This document shows, piece after piece, positions 1-7,846 of a DNA stretch of 64,000 nucleotides. The position numbers and the translations under genes are program-made. Below the pieces are notes generated by a model. The model was not told the DNA's origin. It was given only the letters and a program-made list of their open reading frames with translations, and did not search any database. The stretch's first letter is position 1. Each line of letters opens with the position of its first letter. The DNA is taken from assembly GCA_900769145.1 (NCBI GenBank), contig CAAGFN010000160.1, forward strand, positions 741-64,740. The letters are read 5' to 3'. Source of the DNA: Rikenellaceae bacterium (GTDB taxonomy: Bacteria > Bacteroidota > Bacteroidia > Bacteroidales > UBA932).

Positions 1-575
1 CATATACAACTTGCCTCTGGTCTCCTCCGACGGCAGGTCATCTATTCTTCTTTCTCCATTGTGCAGAATGGAAGAATCAAAGCCTTTCCTCTTTCCTGCA
101 ACACTGAAATCCTGACAAGGGAAGCCTCCGGTGACAATATCAATATTCGACGGAAAAATACCGGCAATCCCCTCAATATGCATCTTTACAAGATCAACAA
201 TGCTGGTCAAATGATATATCTCAGGATTCACATCATATCTCGACATATACCTCAACCAGGTCTGCCGTGCCTCTTCCAGGATATCACATGCGAATACCGT
301 CCTGAATACGTTGCGGTTCAGCAGAACCCAATTGTCATTAATCTTCCTCCTAATCCAGGCCTGATTGGTCACGGAGCGTCTGTGACAGATAAATCCTCCC
401 TCCAGGCCGATATCCATGCCGCCGCAACCGGAGAACAGGGACAACACCCTCAATGTACCCTCCTCCTGCCGCTCGTTCTCGCCATTATTGAAAAACAATT
501 CATATTGCGGCTCTTCAATCAAATCTGAATATTCCGCAATATCAATCGTCCTATATCCTTTAACTTTGTTCGCCA
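1..575 (-). CDS. DNA (cytosine-5)-methyltransferase, N-terminal ~190 aa. Gene runs off the left edge (5' partial window view; the 3' part is outside).
   Basis: Manual translation of the minus strand from the ATG at 575 gives MANKVKGYRTIDIAEYSDLIEEPQYELFFNNGENERQEEGTLRVLSLFSGCGGMDIGLEGGF...GGFPCQDFSVAGKRKGF. It contains C5-MTase motif I (FSGCGG) and motif IV (PCQ). It is not in the ORF track because there is no in-window stop. Confidence 0.8.
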
Positions 576-623
576 TTATTCCGCTCGTTCCATTATCTCC
601 CTCATCCTATCCGGGATTGTATG

Positions 624-631
624 CAAATATA
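624..631 (-). promoter_or_regulatory. Candidate Bacteroidetes -7 promoter box (TATATTTG on the minus strand) upstream of the methyltransferase gene
   Basis: The plus-strand caaatata at 624..631 is TATATTTG on the minus strand, about 45 nt upstream of the ATG at 575. It matches the TAnnTTTG consensus. Confidence 0.3.
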
Positions 632-691
632 TGCAATTATTTCGATAAGCCATACAATGCGCCGCCTTGCGGAATAATCTTCCAAAGACAG

Positions 692-1876
692 TTATTTCGC
701 CGGGAAGAAGTATTCTTTCAGGACCTTGCCGTCGGAGTCGATGCGCTTTGCGGATATTCCTTCGGAGGTTACGTGGAAATTATGTTTCTCATTGTAGCCG
801 TTTATGAGGACAGGGAAGGAGCAGCCTCGTTTCCCGGCCTCGGAGAAGGAGTATTTGTGGACGTGACCGCTGAGCATTATATCTACGCCCGCCTCCTCAA
901 GAACAGGAATTATTAGCCGGTTCAGTTCAATGTTGCCGTGCCAGCCTCCGACTGATGACGGGACGTGCAGAACTGCAATTTTCACAGGCGCAGTCTTGAA
1001 ATCATCCGACTCGACGATGTTTGCGAGCCACTCGGCCTCAACCTCACGGTACGCATCGCTCTGCATCAAGCCTGAGTAACTGATGTCGCTGTCCGGCTTG
1101 TCCTCACCACAATCGAGAATCAGAATTGCCGCAGGCCCCTGTCTCACAAGATAGTAGGGCAGGCCGTTAGAAGAAGGGAAATAGTCCATGAACCGATAGG
1201 AGAGCCAACCCCGGTTCTCGTGATTGCCCCTGGCATGGAAGAACGGCACGTAGGAGGCGAAAAGCTCGGCAGCGGAGGAAAGATAGCCCTTCAGAATCTG
1301 GTCCTCGCGGTCCATGGCGGAAAGCATATCGCCATTGAAAATGACGAAGTCCAGGCTGTCTTTGCGGACATCCGCCATAAGGCATCTGAAGAGCGAATCC
1401 CTGCCGTGGATATCATTGACAATGGTAAAGTCGCAGCTTTCTGCGGTCTTGTCCAACGTCCTGACCTCGTATGGCTTCTGGCGGAACGGATCATTGCCGG
1501 AAGGTATGCCGAAATACACCTTCTTCTCCCCCACCTTGCTGAGCAGGGCCTGCTGCATCACCCTGTACCTGTAAACTGTTCCTTTCTCAAGCCCGCTCAC
1601 AGTAACCTTGTGAAGCTTGCCTACAGGACGCTTGCCCAGTATGGTCTCATAATATTTCGGTCTGTCACAAGCGAAGAAATGCGAACCGTCATCCGGGGCT
1701 ATCTCAACCCAGGCGGCAGCATCCACGTCAGTCATCCACACGACGGTGAAACTGGTCTCCGTAATAGCCTGAAGATAAGGTCCTACAACAATGTCTGCAC
1801 TGAGTTTGGGCTGTTCCTGGGCCCCTGCTGCAAATATTGCCAAAGCGAGAATTGCAGCTAAAAATATCCTTTTCAT
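692..1876 (-). CDS. Secreted calcineurin-like metallophosphoesterase (purple-acid-phosphatase-like)
   Basis: 394-aa ORF with signal peptide MKRIFLAAILALAIFAAGAQ. Metallophosphatase motifs GDM...GNHE...GHVH are present. The start overlaps the upstream GH gene stop by 4 nt (ATGA). Confidence 0.8.
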   Translation of the reverse strand: MKRIFLAAILALAIFAAGAQEQPKLSADIVVGPYLQAITETSFTVVWMTDVDAAAWVEIAPDDGSHFFACDRPKYYETILGKRPVGKLHKVTVSGLEKGTVYRYRVMQQALLSKVGEKKVYFGIPSGNDPFRQKPYEVRTLDKTAESCDFTIVNDIHGRDSLFRCLMADVRKDSLDFVIFNGDMLSAMDREDQILKGYLSSAAELFASYVPFFHARGNHENRGWLSYRFMDYFPSSNGLPYYLVRQGPAAILILDCGEDKPDSDISYSGLMQSDAYREVEAEWLANIVESDDFKTAPVKIAVLHVPSSVGGWHGNIELNRLIIPVLEEAGVDIMLSGHVHKYSFSEAGKRGCSFPVLINGYNEKHNFHVTSEGISAKRIDSDGKVLKEYFFPAK

Positions 1877-3321
1877 CTCAATCTGATTTTAATCAATGTG
1901 AATGTCCCCGGGTCAATGTCAACCGTATAGACCGCCCCCTCCTTCTTTATTTCCCGAACCTCCGGCACCACATCCATCTTCTCCACATCAGAAACATAGT
2001 TAAGTGCGGAAATGGAGGACGTTCGTGCTCCGGGGCTGAAAGTCAATGTCCTCCTCTCCTTCAAGCGACGGCCGGATATAACCACAGTCATATCCTTCCC
2101 GTCCACGGAGGCGTAGGCGAACACGTCCTCAGGAGACTTGCACTTGACTATGTTGCCCCTCACATTCTCCTGAAGCATCTTCATCACCGTCCACGGGTAC
2201 TGGCGGGCCTTCGAGTCCATCCCAAGCATGCTCCGGTTGTTGGTCGGCTTGCTGCTTCCTCCAATCCTGAGCGGCCAGAAGCAGGCCATATCCACCCCGG
2301 CATTCAGGAAACGGCCAAGAGACTCGGCGAATCCGGACATCCTGAGGTCAGGCTCCGGAGTGTTGCAGTTGTACTCGGAAAGGCAGACCAGATAGTCCTT
2401 GCCAGGTTTCATCTCCTTGAGATATGCCTTCAGTTCATTGATTTTCTTGTCAATATGCTTGAGGACATTGTCGTGGTAATACCAGTGTACGGAAACCATG
2501 TCAATATTGTCACCGCATTCGGTGATGAGATCGTGCCACCATTTGTTCTCCCCGGTGGTCCAGGGCTTGGTCACAAGAGCATCGGTCCTGTCCTTGAAAG
2601 CCTTGTAGTCTGCCTCGGTGCAAAGTCCGAGGTATTCCTGCCTGATGCCCTCCCAGAGCGAGCTGTCGGTGCGCTCCTTGTTGCCGGTCATCTCGATGTC
2701 CCAGCCACCGTTGACGCTGAGGATAATGTCCGGATCCTCGGCCTTCATTGCCTTGGCATAGACATTTGCGAGGGCCCCGTACTCCCTGGCCGTCATCACC
2801 GTGTGCCAATAGGTCTCATTGCCGATTTCCCAATATTTGACCTTGTATCCCTTCTCCTTGCAGTAGCGTACCCACTCGGAAGCCTCCCTGGCTCCTCCCT
2901 CGATATCCCGCTTGAGATACCAGGACTGGGTATTGACAACGAGAAGAGGTTCTGCACCCACCCGGCCGCAGAATGCCATGAACTCGTCGAAGTCACTCTC
3001 GGTTCCGCCTTCTTCGTACGGAAACATGGCCGTGTTGTCCAATGTATTGGTGCGCCAATGGAAATTGTCCGCAACTGTACCTCCCGGATACCTCAACATT
3101 GTGCAGGGCAACTCCTTCAGGGATTTTTCAATGCTTCCATCCGCAAGGGCTGCGTCATCCTCAATCCAGAAAAGAAAGTTCGTACCCCAGAAAAGCGGGC
3201 TCACCTTCGCCACGGATTTGTCCGGACGAACGACGATGTCCGCGTCGGCGGATTCTCCGGAGCATGATAAAAAACCAAGGGTCAGCATCATCGTTGATGC
3301 CAGAATTTGTTTGAAGGTCAT
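1873..3321 (-). CDS. Lipoprotein glycoside hydrolase, clan GH-A TIM barrel (GH30/GH5/GH51-like)
   Basis: 482-aa ORF with lipobox LGFLSCSG. It has the YWEIGNE acid/base motif typical of clan GH-A retaining glycosidases. Exact family assignment needs HMM search. Confidence 0.7.
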   Translation of the reverse strand: MTFKQILASTMMLTLGFLSCSGESADADIVVRPDKSVAKVSPLFWGTNFLFWIEDDAALADGSIEKSLKELPCTMLRYPGGTVADNFHWRTNTLDNTAMFPYEEGGTESDFDEFMAFCGRVGAEPLLVVNTQSWYLKRDIEGGAREASEWVRYCKEKGYKVKYWEIGNETYWHTVMTAREYGALANVYAKAMKAEDPDIILSVNGGWDIEMTGNKERTDSSLWEGIRQEYLGLCTEADYKAFKDRTDALVTKPWTTGENKWWHDLITECGDNIDMVSVHWYYHDNVLKHIDKKINELKAYLKEMKPGKDYLVCLSEYNCNTPEPDLRMSGFAESLGRFLNAGVDMACFWPLRIGGSSKPTNNRSMLGMDSKARQYPWTVMKMLQENVRGNIVKCKSPEDVFAYASVDGKDMTVVISGRRLKERRTLTFSPGARTSSISALNYVSDVEKMDVVPEVREIKKEGAVYTVDIDPGTFTLIKIRLR

Positions 3322-3441
3322 AGTCGATGTATTTCCGCTAATTTACACAAAAAATGCGGCATTTACCTTAATATCCCTGTCCTGAAAGGAATACGGCCTC
3401 TTTTTGAATGGATTTCCAACCTGTAGAAAAAATACTATAGG

Positions 3442-3449
3442 TATATTTG
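3442..3449 (+). promoter_or_regulatory. -7 promoter box TATATTTG for the LRR lipoprotein gene
   Basis: gtatatttgc at 3441..3450, about 25 nt upstream of the ATG at 3474. Confidence 0.4.
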
Positions 3450-3473
3450 CACCAGCCACAATTTGATAACGGT

Positions 3474-4928
3474 ATGAAACGTAGTCTCACTTATCTAGCA
3501 GCCGCAGTCATCATTGCCTCCGGTTGTTCACAAAAAGAAATAACCGCACCGGAAAGATTCATTTCCCCAAAGGATACCGTGGATTTGAGCATCACCGGAC
3601 TCGACCTGCCCGATATGGAATGGAAGGAAGGTGACGGCATATCTCTCTTCTCCACGGCCGACACGAAATCCAACCGTTTGTTCACGGTAGTGTCAAGAGA
3701 AGTAGGAACCGCCACATTCTCCGGGCGCATAGTTCGGGGAAGCCGCCTCTGCGCCGTTTACCCGTACAGTGAGGAAAACTCCGTGACAGTTGACGGGAAA
3801 ATGCTGACTGTCACCGGAATTGTTCCGGCAAGCCAAATCGCCGGGCAACCTTCCGACCTGTATGTAGCAGTTTCTGATGACGGAAATTTCTCTTTCCTGC
3901 CGTCCTGTGCCAAGGCGAGAATCACGGTAAAGGCGGATGGGAGCGAGGAGGAAATCAAGGCCGTATCAGTAACTGCCGCCGGTGGAGAGAACCTGTCCGG
4001 AAAGGCAAGAGTAATGGCATTTGAAGGAGGAATACCTGTAATGCTGCCTTCGACGGACGCAAACGGGTCATCAGCCACACTGAACGGAGAATGGACCATT
4101 GGAGAGGAGCCTTTGACATTGGATATCAGCGTGATACCTGGGGCATTGGCCGAAGGCTACACAATCTCCGTGACCAAGTCCGACGGAATCAAGTCAGAGA
4201 AAAAATATGAGACACCTGTCACCTTCAGGTCCGGGTCCGTGACCGCATTGGCCGACTTTGTCTTCGAGGGTCCGAAATACTATTTCCTTTACACGGCAGA
4301 CGAGAAATTGGCCGTCGAGGGATACAAGCACGAGTTCAGCGACGGAGAAGGCAAGATTTACCTGAATACTCCGGAGATTCCTGCCGGCCTGCTCACCGGG
4401 AATACCGTAATCAAAGGCGTACACATCCCCGCTGACATCGAAACCATCGGCGATCAGGCGTTCGACAACTGCACTTCATTGGCCTCGCTCACCTTCGAGG
4501 AAGGCTCCGTCCTGACCTCAATCGGCAGCCAGGCATTCCGCAAGACCGCAGTCAAGACTGTCAACTTCCCGAAGAGCCTCAATGTACTCGGGGTGCAGTC
4601 CTTCAACAATGCCGCATCACTCGTGACCGTAACCTTCCCGGACGACTCTAATCTCGAGACTATTTCACAGGGCGTGTTCAATGGTGCCGTGTCCCTCAAG
4701 GATGTCGTAATCCCGGCTTCGGTCAAATCTCTGGACAAGGCCTTCAACACCAAGTTCACTACGAAGTTGACAATCACATTCAAGGGTGTGACGCCTCCTA
4801 CCCTCGCAGCCGCAACAGGAATATTCAACCTTTCCTATCTCAATGCCATCTACGTGCCTGCAGAAAGCGTGGATGCCTACAAGACCGCCTGGGGGACGTA
4901 TGCCAAGTATATCAAGGCTATTGAGTAA
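3474..4928 (+). CDS. Surface lipoprotein with BspA-type leucine-rich repeats (LRR_5)
   Basis: The track ORF starts at 3447. The likely true start is MKRSLTYLAAAVIIASGCSQ at 3474 (lipobox), downstream of the -7 box. The C-terminal half carries repeated motifs such as IGDQAFDNCTSLASLTF and IGSQAFRKTAVKTVNFP, typical of BspA-like LRRs. Confidence 0.7.
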   Translation: MKRSLTYLAAAVIIASGCSQKEITAPERFISPKDTVDLSITGLDLPDMEWKEGDGISLFSTADTKSNRLFTVVSREVGTATFSGRIVRGSRLCAVYPYSEENSVTVDGKMLTVTGIVPASQIAGQPSDLYVAVSDDGNFSFLPSCAKARITVKADGSEEEIKAVSVTAAGGENLSGKARVMAFEGGIPVMLPSTDANGSSATLNGEWTIGEEPLTLDISVIPGALAEGYTISVTKSDGIKSEKKYETPVTFRSGSVTALADFVFEGPKYYFLYTADEKLAVEGYKHEFSDGEGKIYLNTPEIPAGLLTGNTVIKGVHIPADIETIGDQAFDNCTSLASLTFEEGSVLTSIGSQAFRKTAVKTVNFPKSLNVLGVQSFNNAASLVTVTFPDDSNLETISQGVFNGAVSLKDVVIPASVKSLDKAFNTKFTTKLTITFKGVTPPTLAAATGIFNLSYLNAIYVPAESVDAYKTAWGTYAKYIKAIE

Positions 4929-4930
4929 TC

Positions 4931-4966
4931 AACTCTCTCCATGCGCTTCGCTTGGTCGAGATGACA
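4931..4966 (-). repeat. Solo arm of the intergenic repeat family, inverted orientation
   Basis: The reverse complement tgtcatctcgaccaagcgaagcgcatggagagagtt matches arm A of the full element. It is closest to the solo arm at 62694..62729. Confidence 0.6.
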
Positions 4967-4969
4967 AAA

Positions 4970-5110
4970 GAGGCTGACCCAAAAGTCGATTAATTGTCAT
5001 CTCGACCGAGTGAAGCGAGCGGAGAGATCTACACAACAGATTGATTATCAATAGATATCTCGACTACGCACTACGTGCTTCGCTCGATATGACAGACTTT
5101 TGGGTCAGCC
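4970..5110 (+). repeat. Intergenic MITE/REP-like element, copy 1 (~141 bp)
   Basis: Perfect 16-bp terminal inverted repeats: ggctgacccaaaagtc at 4972..4987 and gacttttgggtcagcc at 5095..5110. Internal long inverted repeat: tgtcatctcgaccgagtgaagcg ... cgcttcgctcgatatgaca. Copies 2 and 3 share about 85-90% identity by eye. Confidence 0.75.
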
Positions 5111-5141
5111 CCTTCTTCTTTTATCGTATATGTGAGTATCT

Positions 5142-6032
5142 CTACCACTCTTCGAAAACCAGATCCTTCAACGGATCCTGTCTGCGATAAAGGGTCTCAT
5201 CGACTTTGTACCTGATTCCTGCCTTCTCGTAGATGTAGCTGAGAGAAATCTCCATACGCTCTCCGGAATCGTCCCAAGATCCGCTTCCTTCGGCAATAGC
5301 AATTCCGCCGTCAGCAGTGGAAGCTTCTACGGTACCATCCGCATTGAATGTCAGCAGAACCTTCTCTCCGGAAGCAGCCGTATTGGCCACGCCATTGCGT
5401 ACGCTGGTGGTACGGGTCAATGTGGACAGAGGCCTGGTCAGGTTGGTGGACAGGTCATTCCTGGAGTAGGTGATGGTTCCGCTGAGATCTCCGTCCTCTC
5501 CGATAATGGATACGGAACCCTTGACATAATATGTCCCCTGCCATCTGTTGACAAACTTTACGGCCACGATGCTGGTGTTCTTGCCCTCAAGCAGAGAATC
5601 TGCGGAGCTGGAGACCACCCTGAAAGGTATAGCATAGTGCTTGCCCGCGGCCGCCGGGTCATCATAGAATGCCTCGGTAAAACTTACGGTCACGTCCGCA
5701 ATAGGGAGATTGACATTGGAAATGCGCATCTTGCCAGGGTCTTCGAGCGTGTAATAATTCTCGGGCATCATTGTCAGGGATGTTCCCTCAAGCAGTTCAG
5801 GGTCAATGACAAAGTCGGCATAGTCCTTCTTGTCAACTTCCCTGCGGCCACCTATGGTCACACCGACCCTGATGGTCATATCCCTGTCGGCAATCACCGT
5901 CCTGAGCGGCTTCTGGGATGCGAAATATGCAGATGTATAATTGTAGTCATCGAGAAAGTCCTCATAGCAGGATGTAAGTGCCGGCACCAGAGCAAGCAGC
6001 GCAGCAGCTGATATTATCGTTTTCTTGTCCAT
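5142..6032 (-). CDS. PUL-associated lipoprotein of unknown function (DUF1735/DUF4361-like, downstream of SusD)
   Basis: The track ORF is 5142..6056. The likely start is MDKKTIISAAALLALVPALTSC (lipobox) at 6032. Position directly after SusD is typical for this family. Confidence 0.6.
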   Translation of the reverse strand: MDKKTIISAAALLALVPALTSCYEDFLDDYNYTSAYFASQKPLRTVIADRDMTIRVGVTIGGRREVDKKDYADFVIDPELLEGTSLTMMPENYYTLEDPGKMRISNVNLPIADVTVSFTEAFYDDPAAAGKHYAIPFRVVSSSADSLLEGKNTSIVAVKFVNRWQGTYYVKGSVSIIGEDGDLSGTITYSRNDLSTNLTRPLSTLTRTTSVRNGVANTAASGEKVLLTFNADGTVEASTADGGIAIAEGSGSWDDSGERMEISLSYIYEKAGIRYKVDETLYRRQDPLKDLVFEEW

Positions 6033-6046
6033 ATTCTGTCTGTTGA

Positions 6047-7837
6047 TTATTTCCAACCAAGATTGTTTACCATCTCAGGGTTCTTTATGCACTCGTCGTA
6101 AGGCATTGGGGCATAGTAGTATCTTAGATCATTGAACTTCCTTTCCGAAACAAACTTCGGCTCGTATGTGAGTTTGCCGTCCACAAGAGATACCTCGACT
6201 CCCATTGCCGGTTCGGCGAGAGGAAGAAGGCAACGTCTAAGGTCATACCAGCGATGGTTCTCGAAAGCGAGTTCAAGCCGCCTCTCGTTCTGGATGAGAG
6301 TCCTGAATGCATCCTTGCCTTCGGAGGCCACCTTGTCCAGATATTCCGTATCGGTTATGCCTCCGGAACGTTCCCTGATGGTCTTCACTACATCGTATGC
6401 AGAATATATGCAGCTGGCACCCTTTCCGTAAGGTCCCCAGGCCTCATTGGCCGCCTCGGCATAGTTGAGGAAGACCTCGGCCCTGCGGAATTCAGGATAA
6501 TAGTGCTGGGAGTTGGTGGCCTGCGAAGGATTGAGCATCGTGGCATTCCCGGACATGAACTTGGCCAGATAATATCCCGACACTGAGGCATTCTGGTTAT
6601 AATTCAGGCCATCCTTGCCATCTGGCATCACATTGATAGACTCCCCGCTATTGCCGAACGGACAGCCATGATAATAGACATTGAGGTAGAACCTCCTGTC
6701 GCGGCCCACATACGGGTCGGAAGGGTCATATCCGGACTCCTCCTCGGTGATAGGATAGCCGTTGGCCATCGGGAACGCATCCACCAGATTCTGTGACGGG
6801 ACGGTGTTGGCATTGCCCCAATAATAAGGAGGGAAATGCCTTGATTCCATATCCCTGGAATTGAAGAATGTCCTATACAGGAATTCGGACGGGGTGGTAT
6901 TGCCCGCATCTGCGAGATCAGTCGCCCGGAGAGCATAGAACTCCTTGCCAAATCCCGGAAGGTTCAGGACCTCGTCGGCTGCCAGAGCCGCCCTTTCCCA
7001 CTTTGCAGTATATTCTGCATCATCCAACACGGTGAAACTACCCATTCCGTCAATGCGGACCACGGCATCGGTCTGGAAAGCCGGGGAGGCCGCATACAGC
7101 AGGACCCTGCTCCTCAGGGCGGCCGCAGTCAGGGAAGTCGGAAGGCCAATGTTGCTTGCACCCAGCACTACATCTGCTCCGGAGTAGGATGAAGGAAGGT
7201 TCTCCATCGCCGTCTCACAGTCTTTCACTATCTGCTCCACACATTCCTCGTAGGTGTTTCTTTTGAAATCCGTCATATTCTTGGCTTCATCCTCAGTGAT
7301 GAAGTGCAGTGTCAACGGATAGCCGAGAGCCTCGCCGTCATCTGTCTTCCCACCGTATTGCCGAAGAAGACAGAAGCCCCAATATGCCCTGAGGAAATGC
7401 GCCTCGCCGTAAAGACGTTTCTTGTAGGCGGCATCCTGTCCCGCATCCACCTTGTCGTAGAGAATCTCGTCCGTCAGCCCCTTCTCAAGGAAAAGATTGA
7501 TATGCTGGAACTGCGTATAGCATTTTGACCAGTTGGAAAGAGGATGGCTCATGGTTGACCAACTCCCGGAAGTAAGCTTGTACACATCCGAGTTGTAGGA
7601 ATTTGTAAGGGCATTGTCCGTAGCCGCATCGAGGAAGTTTGACCCATAGGAGTCAGGCCTCGTCGGCATTGAGGTATAGGCTGAGTTCAGTACGCCCATA
7701 GCCATGTCAGAGATACGCCAGACATCATCATCTCCCCACTGGTTATTGGTCTTTTCTTTCCAGATGTCAGCGCAGGAGGACATTGCCACAACCGCTGACA
7801 TTACAATGATTATTCTATATATCTTATTCATATTCAA
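6047..7837 (-). CDS. SusD/RagB family nutrient-binding outer membrane lipoprotein
   Basis: 596 aa with lipobox AMSSC. It sits immediately downstream of a SusC gene. Confidence 0.9.
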   Translation of the reverse strand: MNMNKIYRIIIVMSAVVAMSSCADIWKEKTNNQWGDDDVWRISDMAMGVLNSAYTSMPTRPDSYGSNFLDAATDNALTNSYNSDVYKLTSGSWSTMSHPLSNWSKCYTQFQHINLFLEKGLTDEILYDKVDAGQDAAYKKRLYGEAHFLRAYWGFCLLRQYGGKTDDGEALGYPLTLHFITEDEAKNMTDFKRNTYEECVEQIVKDCETAMENLPSSYSGADVVLGASNIGLPTSLTAAALRSRVLLYAASPAFQTDAVVRIDGMGSFTVLDDAEYTAKWERAALAADEVLNLPGFGKEFYALRATDLADAGNTTPSEFLYRTFFNSRDMESRHFPPYYWGNANTVPSQNLVDAFPMANGYPITEEESGYDPSDPYVGRDRRFYLNVYYHGCPFGNSGESINVMPDGKDGLNYNQNASVSGYYLAKFMSGNATMLNPSQATNSQHYYPEFRRAEVFLNYAEAANEAWGPYGKGASCIYSAYDVVKTIRERSGGITDTEYLDKVASEGKDAFRTLIQNERRLELAFENHRWYDLRRCLLPLAEPAMGVEVSLVDGKLTYEPKFVSERKFNDLRYYYAPMPYDECIKNPEMVNNLGWK

Positions 7838-7846
7838 CCCTTTCCA

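Noticed and set aside
61-916. Plus-strand ORFs 61..528 and 416..916 at the left edge
   Set aside because: They are antisense to a clearly recognisable C5-MTase reading frame (minus strand, 575 to 1) and to the phosphoesterase gene. They have no motifs and no signal peptide. They are shadow ORFs.
1837-3267. 476-aa plus-strand ORF overlapping the GH gene. Similar long antisense ORFs occur at 11654..12481, 28738..29940, 35207..36271, 23857..24387, 26790..27410 and 60485..61228.
   Set aside because: All lie entirely inside strongly supported genes on the opposite strand. The protein strings are low-complexity and Arg/Pro/Gly-rich, as expected from antisense reading of GC-rich coding DNA.
3447-3473. 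Track starts at 3447, 23644, 38909, 48880 and 38376 for several genes
   Set aside because: These appear to be upstream or alternative (TTG) starts. In-frame ATGs followed by signal peptides, and preceded by -7 boxes, are more plausible at 3474, 23722, 38915 or 38927, 48886 and 38406.
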